A stretch of 64,000 bases of DNA from Octopus bimaculoides (GCF_001194135.2 NC_068981.1:101481957-101545956); one strand, 5' to 3'. Shown: positions 14,380-26,888, counted from the stretch's first letter. The notes: a model not told the origin generated them from the sequence alone. A program made the numbers and translations.

Positions 14380-14718
14380 TGGTCATAGGATTGCGGTTTC
14401 GATTCCCAGACTGGGCGTTGTGAGTGTTTATTGAGCGAAAACACCTAAAGCTCCAAGAGGCTCCAGCAGGGGATGGTGGCGAACCCTGCTGTACTCTTTC
14501 ACCACAACTTTCTCTCACTCTTACTTCCCGTTTCTGTTGTGCCTGTAATTCAAAGGGTCAGCTTTGTCACGCTGAATAACCCTGAGAACTACGTTAAGGG
14601 TACACATGTCTGTGGAGTGCTCAGCCACTTGCACATTAATTTCACGAGCAGGCTGTCCCGTTGATCGGATCAACTGGAACCCTCGACGTCGTAAGCGACG
14701 GAGTGCTAAGAAAAAAAA
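14380..14718 (+). mobile_element. SINE family A, 5'-truncated
   Basis: Collinear with 58660-59000. Further family members or relatives at 2748-2990 (different tail), 21163-21690 (different head, split by gaps) and 63247-63352 (3' fragment, minus). Confidence 0.88.
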
Positions 14719-16036
14719 GATGAGTCACAACACCCCCTTGTTAGAAATAGACTGGACCGAGTGATTATAAATAGTAGTGGTCAGAGTGAAGTTTGTGTGT
14801 TTAATTTGAGTTGAATTCACAGCGAAGTCGGAAGGTGTTGGTTGGTAAGTTTGTTTGGAATATTGATTGTTGGATTGTTACATTGTTATTACAGCTGCAT
14901 CGTTATCCTGTTTATTGTTACAACACTAGTACAGTGTATCAAAACCATCTGTCACAATATCGTGGCAGTACCATGACATGGGAGATGGGGGATACAACAG
15001 TTTTCTAAATTAATTGCATGTTAAGATTACAAGTGCAGGTATATCAGTGTGGTTAAGAAGTTTGCTTTGCAGCTATGTGCTTCCTGGTCTGATCCCCTTA
15101 TGTGGCACAGTATCTTCTACCTAAAATTGGATTGTCCAAAGCCATCATTATCATCCTTTAACATGACCACAATGTTAATAAAGTATCACAGAATGGTAGT
15201 AAAGTAATGAATATACATGGTATACAGCAACAGGAGAATGAATTATTGTGTTTTTATTGTATTGGCAATAACATCTGAGAATTTGTTGACTGACGGGACA
15301 CCAAAGGCACTTTTGGAGATGTGATTGCACTATCATGGACATCTAACATGAATGAATGCTGGCAAAGGTACCCTTAATCCATAAGTAGACCAAAGAAAAT
15401 GTAAGTGGAGGTTTTTAGATCGAGCTTAGAAACATTAAACCTCCCTAAATCTGATGATATATGACCAAATAATACATTTAACGTATTCCAATATAAAAAA
15501 AGAATCCAACAAAATGTCCCATGCATATCATAATAAGAACTCAATTATTCCTCATATTGTTTAGCCCGCATCAGCCTTGATTGAGAGACCTATGATTAAA
15601 GATGTTCTAGCTGTGACAATGTGTCTATATTTTAAGAAGGTAGAGTGTGTGATATGAGGTAGATGTGGTTGGTATTTCTAGCAGATCGAATGTAGATACT
15701 TTGTCTTGATTTAGATAATGTATAGCCAGTATATGGAGAAGGTAAACGATATGTCTATTTAAAACTTAGAAGCATTATTTGAAGCTTCCTGGTGCAGTAA
15801 AAACATATTTTTAATTATATTTTTTAAAACAGATTTTCTTTTGTGTGTGTAGGAAGTAGAATACAAGTACACACACCCACCTAAACAAAATATGCATAAA
15901 AATTACACACAATGTATATTAACCATTTATGATTTTGTATAGAAAGAAATTTGTGTGTATATATATATATGTCCAACCCATGCTAGCATGGAAAGCGGAC
16001 ATTAAACGATGATGATGATGATGATGATGATATACA

Positions 16037-16266
16037 CAAGGTTGGCCAAAAGTCACCTGACAGTAAATCAAAACCATTTAATTCCAAGATTTATTTATGT
16101 TTAACAACTGAATGAATTTAATAAAAACATCTAAATATGAAATATCATGAAAATTGTTCAAACTGAAGTCCTTGAGTGACACATTTTTTCATTCAAGTCA
16201 ATATAGAATTATAGATAGTATTTATGGAATGTTAATTTACAGTCAGGTGACTTTTGGCCAACCTTG
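16037..16266. mobile_element. Tc1/mariner-like MITE
   Basis: About 32-bp TIR CAAGGTTGGCCAAAAGTCACCTGAC(A/T)GTAAAT. TA at the right flank, AT-rich interior, 230 bp. Confidence 0.8.
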
Positions 16267-16280
16267 TATATATATATATT

Positions 16281-17400
16281 TATCATCGTCATCATCATTT
16301 AACGTCCGTTTTCCATTCTGGCATGGGTTGGACGGTTCGATTTGGGTCTGGGAAGCCAGGAGGCTGCACCAGGCTCCAGTTTGATCTGGCAGTGTTTCTA
16401 CAGCTGGATGCCCTTCCTTACGCCAACCACTCCGAGAGTGTAGTGGGTGCTTTTTACATGCTACTGGCACAGGGGCCNNNNNNNNNNTACGCCAACCACT
16501 CCGAGAGTGTAGTGGGTGCTTTTTACATGCTACTGGCACAGGGGCCAGAGGAGGCTGGCATCGATCACGATCGGTTGGTCCTTTTTACATGCCACCAGCA
16601 CAGAAGCTAGTCAAGACGGCGCTGACATCGGTGCTTTTTACGTGCCATCAGCACAGGGATCACAACTACAATTTCCATTTGATTTTGATGTACTTGACTC
16701 AATAGGTCTCCTCAAGCACAGCATGTTGCTCTACGATCCAAGGTACTTTTGAGTGGGCTGGGGCTGGTTATGTGACACTGGTGGAGGTTACAGCTGTGAA
16801 CTCACTTTATTTGCCAGGTCTTCTCAGTCACAGCATATCCCCTGAGGTCTTGGTCTTTTGTCATTGCCTCTGTGAGGCCCAACGTTTGAGGGTCATGCTT
16901 CACCACCTCATCTCATGTCTTCCTGAGTCTAACTCTACCCGAGATACCTTCAACTGTTTGGGAGTGGCACTTCACACAGCTCTCCTCATCCATCCATAGT
17001 ACATGACCATACCAGTACAAATGTCTCTCTTGCATGCCACATTCGATGTTTCTTATGGCCAACATGTCTCTCAGGGTGCTGTACCCCACCTCTACTCCAC
17101 CCTCAGCCTAACACACACCCCACCCTTGCTTTCCCCACTCCCAACACCATCACACATCATATCACAACACACCACCATGCACACACTAGCACTGACCAAT
17201 TCCCAGCCCCACATTTTCACACCTACACACATGCCAAGATCACCAGCCCTCTTCCACACGCATATACGAACTCTCTTATACACATGTACGTGCACCTTCG
17301 TTTTGGGATCACCACTACCTTATTATCTCCCCTTCTTCCTAGCTCTCCTGTGTGACCCTTCTGTCCGGCATTCGCCATGATAGATCGCTAGCCACTACAC
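16281..17400 (-). mobile_element. RTE-clade LINE 3' end / non-autonomous derivative with (GAT)n tail
   Basis: Minus strand 17075-16750 reads CGMQERHLYWYGHVLWMDEESCVK...RKT*DEVVKHD..LGLTEAMTKD, a typical RTE C-terminus. It is followed by a 3' UTR ending ...AAATGATGATGAC. Confidence 0.8.
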
Positions 17401-17557
17401 ATTCTTTTTTTCTCTCCTTGTTTCTTTCTGTGGAAGAGCGTAGGCTTGAAATGTTAAAGACTTTTGCACTTCCCGAGCGTTAAACTAATACATCTGTTTG
17501 TTGTCTACACCACCTGTCTTCATCTTTTGTTTTTTTTTGTGAATTCTCTTTCTCTCT

Positions 17558-17766
17558 CTATATGTATATATGTATGTTTGTATGTATATATATGTATATA
17601 TTGTATATGTGTATATTGTATATATATATACGTATATATTTGTATATATGTATGTACAAGTATGTATATATATGTATGTATATATATGTATAAGTATGTA
17701 TATGTATGTATGTATGTATATATATATATATGCGTATATATATATATCCCACCCCACTCAAACTTT
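17558..17766. repeat. Degenerate (TA/TATG)n microsatellite
   Basis: Direct reading. Produces several spurious Y/I/V/C/H-rich ORFs. Confidence 0.95.
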
Positions 17767-19307
17767 TTGTCACTTGCATATTTTCAGTGAGTACTGACTA
17801 GTGTATACGTATGTATCAATACATTTAAAGCCAAAGATTCTCTAACTTTAAATAAATGAACATTGTTAGTTTATTTCTTTAAATTTATTTTTTGAAGTTT
17901 ATACATTCAATATACACAAACGATGATGATGATGTAGTTATTCAATAAATATGATGCCATTCATTTGTGAATCCCAAAGATTGGGGTTGGTGACATGGAA
18001 ATTTCTTTCAAATTATTCTGATGAAAATATGAAGTCTTTTGTATTTTTTTTTTCTCAGTTAGTCAGCAGAAATGAGTAACGTTGTTTAGCAGGTATCATG
18101 TACTTCAGAATGAAAGAAAATAATTTAACAATCAAAAGTATTGTTTCGGTCTCTTCTGTTTAAAGAATGGAAACTTGTAACGTGTCCAGGCACTGAGCTG
18201 TAATTAAAACAACAGAATAGAGTATTATTAGATCTGAAGAAACAATTACAATAGTTGACCACTGTGAAGCCAACAAGCATTGTTCCAAACACGAGCTTAA
18301 TAGTGAAGTAGTTAATTATTTTACTAAATCCTTACTTTCATAAAATCCCACAAGCAATATATTTTATTATAATATAGTTATGAAAAGGTTAATAATTTCT
18401 TATATTAACAAGAGACCACTAACTTTAGCATTCACTTTACTGTCAAATGTAATATTTATTGATTCACATTGTTTTGAATTAATCATACATCATCTTGTAG
18501 CTTTGAGATTTTAGTGAGGTGATTGTTTATCTTTAGAATGACTTTGCAAGGTAAGTGTGAGAGGCTGGATTAAGTCAGTTTGTATGTAAAACAGGTAGAA
18601 TATTTTAGGCTGGATATAGGTTAAAGTGGGGTGGATATAGTTGATTGGATTGACTGTAATATATAACTGATACTTATTTTATTGCTTCTCCTCACTCCTG
18701 TAAGATGAAATATGAACTCAGAATATAAAATGACAAATAATTATTGGTTTCAAATGTTGGCACAAGGTCAGCAGTTTCAGGGAAGGGGCTAAGTCAACCC
18801 AGGTGGCATTTGAACTCAGGATGTAAAGACAGATGAAATGCCACTAAGCATTTTGCCCAGTGTGTACCTAACGATTCTGCCAGCTCGTAGTCCAGAATGA
18901 TAGGCAATTATTGAAAGATATTTAATCCTTTAGTGTTTAAGTTACCGTTTTGAATTAATCATGCATTATCTCATAGCTTTGAGATTTCAATAATGCAATT
19001 TTTTATTTTTGTATGATGTTGCAGGGTAGGTGTAAGAGGCCTGGTCTGGCCAGTTTGAACATAAAACAAAATATTTGTGCCAGAGATGGCCAGTTTAAAT
19101 GCTAAAGGGTTAATTTATGGTTCTTTTACAAATTTCATTACCAACAATCTCTAAATTGAAAGTAAATTCTAAAATTCATTTAATGTTTAATAGGAAAAAT
19201 AACTGCCTTTGAGTGAATAAGCTACATCTGCAAGACAATCTCAATTTCCTGATAAAGCTAGTTCCTTTTATTTAAGCTTCTTAATGCCTTTGATAAAAGC
19301 ATCAACA

Positions 19308-19352
19308 TCACAGTCTTATTCCCTTCCCATAAAATTTTTTGTGATTACTTGC
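19308..19352 (-). CDS. GNPTG: GNPTG candidate terminal exon 10
   Basis: ttaattcag|GCA AGT... ASNHKKFYGKGIRL, TGA at 19308-19310. AATAAA about 36 nt downstream (plus strand TTTATT 19267-19272). Gives a 305-aa protein. Confidence 0.5.
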   Translation of the reverse strand, partial: ASNHKKFYGKGIRL

Positions 19353-20931
19353 CTGAATTAATAAATATTCAATGAAAAAGAAAGTTTAAATATGTTTTGC
19401 TTTGTTTTTCTCAGTCCCAATTTCAAAACCTACCACTGTTGATTTTATCTTTTTGTACTTATCCATTTCTTCTGGTCATTTTTGATCTACTCCTGGATGA
19501 GGCCTCAGAATACTGGTTTATCTATATAGTTGCTAACCACTATGAGCTACCATGTTTCCCATAGTAAGTCAAACATGGTGCTCTTGTAGACAAGTGATTT
19601 TTCTATGGAGTTTATAAAGTAAGTATCAATAATGTATCTATTCTTTTGTCTATACCACTGTTAATACAAATAATAGCATTGTGCTAAGTGAAAAGCATTC
19701 ATAGGAAATCAGCATGAGAAACAAAATATTTTGAAATATAGATAATTAGGAGTGCTGGTTAATGAAGGAAAGTGGTAATCAATTTGATATACTGCCATTG
19801 AATAAAAATACAAATAACAGTTAATTTGGACTTGAGAGGCACACTAGGTGTGATTTTAAAGAGTTGTTGTGAGACGTAGGCCAGTTCTGAATGAGTAAGC
19901 CCATATCAAGTAGCTAGTCAAATGATCAGGTGCAATTCACAGATCTGTAGTTTCAAATTTACCATGCATCTATCTAGTTGAGGAACATATCACATACTCC
20001 AACAAAAGAAAAAAATAGTGGGGCAGTGTGATAGTGTGGATATATTGTAAGTCAAAGCATAACATATATTGTTTCTCTGCAATTATAATTATGCTGTGCA
20101 CCTCGACATTGGTGACCAATAAAGCTATTGATGCTGCTGCTATTTTTGAGTGATGTGTAGAGATGTGTTCTTTATGTTTGTCTAGTCTAGACTGAATTGG
20201 ACTGACAGTGTTTTTAAGATACTGTAGTTATGATTTGGGGTGATTGTACATGTGGAGACAGGACTACACTCTGCTTTTTGCCATCTTCTTAGCTTATACA
20301 ACTCTTTTACTTCACAGCAGAGTGGTTGGTAATAGGGAAGTCATCCAGTTGTAAAAATTACAAACTCCAACAAAATGAAAAAAAAAAAAATAATTACCTA
20401 TGCAATTATGGAATAAGAAAAGGATTACCATCTTATACACTATATAGTTAAAAAATATAACAACAGGAGAATGAAAGAGAACAGAGCTACTATAGTGACA
20501 TTAGCTACACATGACAGAAAATTCCATATATTTTTAGGTACTGGAAAAATTAAATTAAACTATGTTTATTATATTAATTTTGAAGGCAGTGAGCTGGCAG
20601 GGGAACAAAATGCTTAGTGGCATTTTTTCCAGCTTTACATTCTGAGTTCAAATGCCATTGAGGTCAACTTTGCCTTTCATTCTTTCAAGGTTAGTATTAT
20701 TGACTAGCCACCGATTCACAAATTTCAGGCCTTGTGCCTATAGTAGAAAGAATCATCATGTTAACCTTAATATATGATTTGATAATTTTGATTGTTTCTT
20801 GCTGTTAGTTTAGTATCAAAGATGGAACAATTGTTAAACAGAGGCTAAACTTACAGCAAGATCAGCAAATTCATGATCAATACTCCAATGATGTGATAGA
20901 GCATTTGTTTAATTACAGAAATTTTACTTAC

Positions 20932-20975
20932 CTCATTTGCTTTTGGAGAATGATAAGTGTTTGCCATGTTGTCAT
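20932..20975 (-). CDS. GNPTG: GNPTG candidate exon 9
   Basis: Long poly-T tract then ccaaaattcag|AT GAC...GAG|gtaagt. 44 nt, open in the phase-1 frame left by exon 8: (N)DNMANTYHSPKANE. Confidence 0.6.
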
Positions 20976-22599
20976 CTGAATTTTGGAAAAAAAAAAAAAA
21001 AGAAATTTTAGTACCTTATAAATGCAGAACATTTAATAAAACATGCATTTGTTTTGCAAGAATTTTGATGTGAAAATGTGTGTTGAAACAGATATTGTTA
21101 TACTTGGGGATAATCTTTTTTTTTTTAGCCAATTAAACATGCACTATTTATTTGATCAGTGAAGGTGCGTGGCTTAGTGGTTAGCACATTCTACTCATGA
21201 TCATAAGGTCATGAGTTCAATTCCTGGCAACGTGTTGTGTCCTGGAGCAAGACACTTTATTTCACATTGCTTGCTCCAGTCCACTCAGCTGGCAAAAATG
21301 AGTAGTACCTGTATTTCAAAGGGCCAGCCTTGTCACACTCTGTGTCATNNNNNNNNNNCTATCCTATCATATTTATTTGATCTTAACTTTAGTTTTTATC
21401 CATATTATTTTTAGTTTATGTCTCTCTCAAAGTTCTTTCATCATACATTCTGTGACCTCATCAGTAACTTTCTGTCCTGTGCCTCTCCATTTTATCCTAC
21501 AAATGAAAACTGAAGATCAAATAAATAGCACGTGTTTAATTTTTTTTGCTGTAGTTTCAGCTCAGAGCTGCGGCCNNNNNNNNNNTCTGTGGAGTGCTCA
21601 GCCACTTGCACATTAATTTCACGAGTAAGCTGTTCTGTTGATCGCATCAGCTGGGACCCTCGTTGTCGTAACCAACAGAGTGCTCCTATCCTATCATATT
21701 TATTTGATCTTAACTTTAGTTTTTATCCATATTATTTTTAGTTTATGTCTCTCTCAAAGTTCTTTCATCATACATTCTGTGACCTCATCAGTAACTTTCT
21801 GTCCTGTGCCTCTCCATTTTATCCTACAAATGAAAACTGAAGATCAAATAAATAGCACGTGTTTAATTTTTTTTGCTGTAGTTTCAGCTCAGAGCTGCGG
21901 CCAAGCTGATGCACCGCCATTTAATTAACCAAAAAAAAACCCTTCCCAAGTATAACAATATTTAATAAAACAGTTTGGCGTGAATTTGTTTAATGGTTTA
22001 TTTTTTTAATGGTTTATATATCTATTAAATCCCTTCTATTAAGGGATTTAATAGATATCCCTTAATAGAAGGGATATCTATTAAATTCAAATTCATGAAG
22101 TATTTAGTTTTTGCCATCACAGGCAAAACACTGTGTCAATGTAAAGACCTTGAAGTCTCTCTAATGGTCCAGTTCATCTAGCAGTAAAAAGATATCATTG
22201 GGAAACAACTAAAAGTTATGTAGTGTCAGCCAACTGACTGAACTCACCATGACTCAGCTTTTATTGTTCTGAGAATCAGCTTAACCCTTATTTAAATATC
22301 AGACACTTAACTAATACTTAACTCTCAATGTCCGTAAATATACACGATAAAGAGCATCACTTTTCTAATTTAAGCAGCACAATCATTGTAAAACAGTCCT
22401 CTTCTCAAACCTTGAAACACTACATGCAGATGAAGAACTCACTGGTGACTCAGTCTTTTTTTTTAAATTGTTACAAATTAGGCAGGGGAAGACGGGCAGA
22501 CACAATGATCTTTGCAGATCTTCCCAGGTAGTGAGATTCTGTTAGTGATAGCCAGCCTGAAAATCTGCAAGAAAAAACGTGTGTGTGTGTATGATCCAA

Positions 22600-22802
22600 A
22601 AGAGAGCCTTCCCATGATAATTCGAACTGCTAGAAATAGCAGCTAAATCTCTCTCAAATCACAAACCTCCCTACTGTCCTAAAGAAAGACATAAATAAAA
22701 ATAAGGACACAATGGACAATGTAGTCCTTGATATACAAAAATGTTTTTGATCATAGGACTACCTGATCAGAACTAAACTTAGGGTTGAACAACAATAATA
22801 AC
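22600..22802 (+). repeat. Dispersed (CAA)n-tailed repeat family D (representative copy)
   Basis: Motif CTGCTAGAAATAGCAGC...GGAATGCCTTTGATCATAG...AACAACAA recurs at about 15540-15690, 29020-29200, 33390-33550, 34540-34700, 36610-36780, 37440-37625, 39230-39390, 48890-49080, 50960-51140, 53270-53410 and 59020-59220. Confidence 0.7.
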
Positions 22803-23940
22803 ATGTGAGGTAGGAACTGCAAGTCTAGTCAGGATGAGCTCCTGAAAAAGCATCTGAGAATTGATTATTAAATAAGGCAGTGTATTTAACCTACTACATG
22901 ATATATTGTGCAATGCATTTGGGGCTTATTTACAAATACCCAAACACTGTATTTGTATACATAGTAAAGCTCTATGTAGGTAAAAGTCTGACTAGTGAAA
23001 CTTGACTACAATATAAAATATATCTTCCTAAAATCAATGAACTTCGAAAAGAACAGTGCTTAGTCTCAATTTCGTAATAAACAGATAAATAATAAATCTT
23101 CCTCAGAATAGGATGCTGGTGTATCACAGGATAGAGACAGCTCCTATGTAATCATTCAGCCTACTAGAAATAGCAGCTAAGTTTCTCAAAATCACACCTG
23201 ACCATGTTAAAAACAAACAAGAAGAGCACATTGGATTGTATAATTGTAGATACTTTATGCCTGAAATGAGAAAAGGTGGAGTAGTTATCATTGCTGAAAT
23301 GCCTTAGATCATATTTTTGGTTCATCTTGTTGGTAAGGTTTAGTGGTTGCAATGTAAGTTTGGTTTAATAATGTATTTTTGTGGTGTTTAAAAAAAAACA
23401 TCACTATAGATTATTTGATAGGGTAAGATGAAATACAGTGTTTGTGAGGAGAAAGAAGTAGAGTAACAGGAGGTTGAAAAAGCCAAAATGTTTACATACT
23501 GTGAAGTTGCTCTTAATCTTTTCTTTGTAAAATTAATGTGATACTTTATTTAAATTTATATGTGCTAACTTAATTAATATTAAAATGTTTTTATGTATAA
23601 TTATACATAAAAAACACACACACATGCATATATGTATACATGCACATGCACAAACACAAGTGAGTGAACGAATGAAAGAAAGGTACTCTTAACACATTTG
23701 GTTGGAGTTAGATGTATTTAATAACAGTTTGACTTAGCTCCATATTACTTTAAGTTTCATGGGCATAGGACACATCCATCTTGTTTGCAACACATGAGTT
23801 TAAAGATAAACATGAAAGAATATAACTAATATTTTTGATAGACTAAACAACTACATGATCTGAGCTGACCAATGGAGGCCTAAATACCTAGAAGACATTA
23901 TGAATTTATTTAACCTCTACTTTGTCTCTAAAACATCTGA

Positions 23941-24483
23941 TTGAAATTTAAAGATGTGGCTTATGTCTTGCTGCTGACTAGCGTTTGAAGCTTGTCCTAT
24001 TTTTATAGGGAGTTCATGGCTTAAATTAGTATATGTTTTGGATAGGACTTGATTAGTAGAGGATAGTCACATGACTGGTCTTAGAAATCTTTGTAGATTC
24101 CCTGCTATGTCCGTGTGTTAGTATCAAGTGACAATGTTTGGCGTCATAAGCTAAGGCTGAACATGTCTGGTGACAGTATCAAACAATCAATGTTCTGAAT
24201 GTTTTCTGTCAACTGTTTGTAGAGAATGAACATGTGATTAAGTTTAGAACCTTTTGTATGTTTCCTGCTACGTCCATGCATTAGTGTCAAGTGACAGTAT
24301 ATTTTGCACCTAAAATGAAGCAGGGAACCTACAAAAATTTCTAAAACCAATCATGTGACTATCCTCTGCCAATCAAGTTCTATTCAAAACATATATTAAT
24401 TTAAGCCATGAACTCCCTATAAAAATAGGACAAACTTCAAACACTAGTTAGAAGCAAGACATAACCACGTCTTTCAATTTCAA
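23941..24483. mobile_element. Foldback element / long-TIR MITE
   Basis: Arms 23941-24106 and 24319-24483 are reverse complements over about 165 bp. The spacer has an internal direct repeat of about 36 bp. Confidence 0.8.
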
Positions 24484-24789
24484 CTTTTTTGAAAATCAGT
24501 GTGAACTGTGAAACCAAACGATATACACAAGGTTACATTGTGGAATGACCAGAAGGGAAAGGGTGGAGAAAAAGTTCTTTCTAAGACAGAAGAGTGTAAG
24601 AGAAGGACGTAGGTATGTGTGCGTGCACGCAGGTCCGTGTGTGTGTGTGTGTGTGTAATAACAGCACGTGTATGTCCGTGTGTGTGTGTGTGTGTGTGTG
24701 TCGCTTAACATTGTAGAAGGAATTAGTAGCAGGAATTATTTGGGAGTGGTTGTAGACGATGGTCAGTAGAAATTGAGCAAGCAGTTTTT

Positions 24790-25280
24790 AAGTATGTGTG
24801 TGTGCGTGTATGTGTATGTTGTGTGAGTGTGTTTTTCTTGCAGTGTGTGCCTGTATCTGTGTGTGCGTGTGTGTATGTGTATATATGTGTGTGTACGTGT
24901 GTGTGTATATGCGTGCAATTTGCTCTGTGGATCGCATGTGGGTTATTTTGTGTGTGTGTGTGTGCGTGTATGTGCGTATGTAAGTCCATGTATGTATACT
25001 TAGGTGTGTGTATGTTAGTGTTTGTTGTGTGTGTATGTGAGTTATGTTTGGGTTCATTTGCGTGTGTGTCCATGTATGTATACTTGGGCGTGTGTTGTGT
25101 GTGTAGGAGTTATGTGTGGGTTCATTTGCGTGTGTGTGTATGTGAGCTCGTTTGTACATGTGTGTGTGTGTGTGCATGTGTATGTGTGTGTGCGCGTGTG
25201 TAGACGGGGGGGGTTGTGTGGAAGTATATGTATGTGCGTGTATGTGTTCATGTGTGTGTGTGTGTATGCGTGTGTGTTCT
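24790..25280. repeat. Degenerate (TG)n microsatellite with an internal duplicated unit
   Basis: Long TG/TATG tract. Unit GAGTTATGT(T/G)TGGGTTCATTTGCGTGTGTGT appears twice (about 25039 and 25107). Confidence 0.9.
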
Positions 25281-25501
25281 GTTGGTGAAGTAAATTAATA
25301 AGAATTTATACTTTTAGATTGGAAAAAGATCGTACAGACAAACCAAAATGAGATGATATGTGTATTATGTTATATAAAAGGAAACTAGTGGTGTTAATAA
25401 AATAAAATAAGTTTATTGAGGAAACTAAACTGTCTCACAGTGTCAGTTCATTGGTATCTTTCCTCCTCTGTGGTGCTCACTAATATTGAAATAAGACTTA
25501 C

Positions 25502-25571
25502 TACTCTTCACTTCCTTCAGCATTAGTAGAGTGCGTAAACCCTCAATTTCTGCTTGAAGTATATTAAATGC
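25502..25571 (-). CDS. GNPTG: GNPTG exon 8 (spliced form; reads through to TGA at 25443-25445 if the donor is skipped)
   Basis: ttatttgcag|GCA TTT... AFNILQAEIEGLRTLLMLKEVKS, coiled-coil-like, compare AHKELSKEIKRLKGLL. Internal consensus donor A|GTAAGT at 25501. Confidence 0.85.
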
Positions 25572-26306
25572 CTGCAAATAAATAAATTCAAAAGTTTCCA
25601 GTTGAATATGTAATTCTAATAGAGGGCGGCTAGCTGGCAGAATCATTAGCACGCCAGACAAAATACTTAGTGACATTTCTGCAATTTTTATGTTCTGAGT
25701 TCAAATTCTGCCAAGATCGACTTTGCCTTTCATCCTTTTAGGGTCAATAAAAACGTGGGCCAGTTGAGAACTGGGGTCAATGTAATCAACTTGCCCCCTC
25801 CCCCGAAATTGCTGGCCTTGTGCCAAAATTTGAAACCAATATGTATGATAAAGTATATCACTGTTTTTCTGTTGTAGCAGGAGGAGGACTACTGCAACAA
25901 CAACAATAATTATTGCTGTTGTCTGAGAACAACAATTATTTCTGATAAAGGCAAAAGGCCTGAAACTGAGGGATAGGAATAGCCAATTATATTGAACTCA
26001 GAGCATAAGTGATACTTTATTTTATCAACTTTGAAGGGATAGAAGTTGACCTCAGCAGGAATTGAACTGAGAATGTAAAGAGCCAGAGCAAATACTTCTA
26101 AACTCTGAATTGACTTGCTTGGTATCAAAATATTCTGCAGTCAAACTGTACCAACCAATCTAATATTCTAATATATTCCTTGTTTCTTTTCTAATATCAG
26201 CACTTTCCTCTTTATTAGCAACCAGTATTCTCATATATTGACAAATCAACAGTTGTTTAACATCTCCACTGCACTGGAAAGTAAAATTAGGAAAATTCTA
26301 CTTATA

Positions 26307-26458
26307 GCACAGGCATGGCTGTGTGGTAAGAAACTTGCTTCCCAACCACATGGTTCCAGGTTCAGTCCCACTTCATGGCACCTTGGGCAAGTGTCTTCTA
26401 CTATAGCCTCAGATTGAGTGTATTTGATAGATGGAAACTGAAAGAAGTCAGTTGTGTG
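26307..26458 (+). mobile_element. tRNA-derived SINE family C ending in (TA)n
   Basis: GGCATGGCTGTGTGGTAAG...GGTTCAGTCCC head, CCTTGGGCAAGT core, microsatellite tail. Fragments at 2081-2184 (minus) and about 15045-15120. Confidence 0.8.
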
Positions 26459-26462
26459 TATG

Positions 26463-26506
<44 letters not shown>

Positions 26507-26888
26507 ACAAATAATCAGAAAATGGAGAAAACCTCAGATTAACAAACACATCAACTGGACCATATTTATAGCTTATTTTCTAATATACAAAGCATGGCAT
26601 AATAAATAGGTGATGTAACAAATTTCACAGCCTTTTCTGGATCTGTTGCCAAGCGCTGTCTATAAATAATTGCAAAAATAAAGTTCTTCATCTTCACAGG
26701 ACATTCGAATTAAGGCACAGAGGTTCATTAGAGTAAAAAAACAAGAGCATCCAATATAAACGAAGGGAAGAAGGAATAGGAAAGAAAACATGGCCGAGAA
26801 AAGAAGTCTAGAAGCCCAGTATATTAAAAGCATATAATCTACCATTCTTGGGGCTACAAGGTCTGTAGGTAAAAAAGTGAGCTAATAA

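Noticed and set aside
14739-14925. TGTT...AACA unit with a TATAAATAG box, possible solo LTR
   Set aside because: No TSD (CCCCT versus CTAGT), no poly(A) signal and no second copy in the window.
16488-16546. Exact 59-bp repeat of 16419-16477
   Set aside because: The copies flank a 10-N gap; contig-overlap artefact.
17464-17797. Y/I/V/C/H-rich ORFs
   Set aside because: Translations of a (TA/TATG)n microsatellite.
21359-21575. Exact 217-bp duplicate of 21686-21902
   Set aside because: Bounded by two 10-N gaps and placed in the middle of a SINE; almost certainly a redundant contig, not a real duplication.
24496-25288. H/T-rich and C/V-rich ORFs
   Set aside because: Translations of (TG)n/(CA)n tracts.
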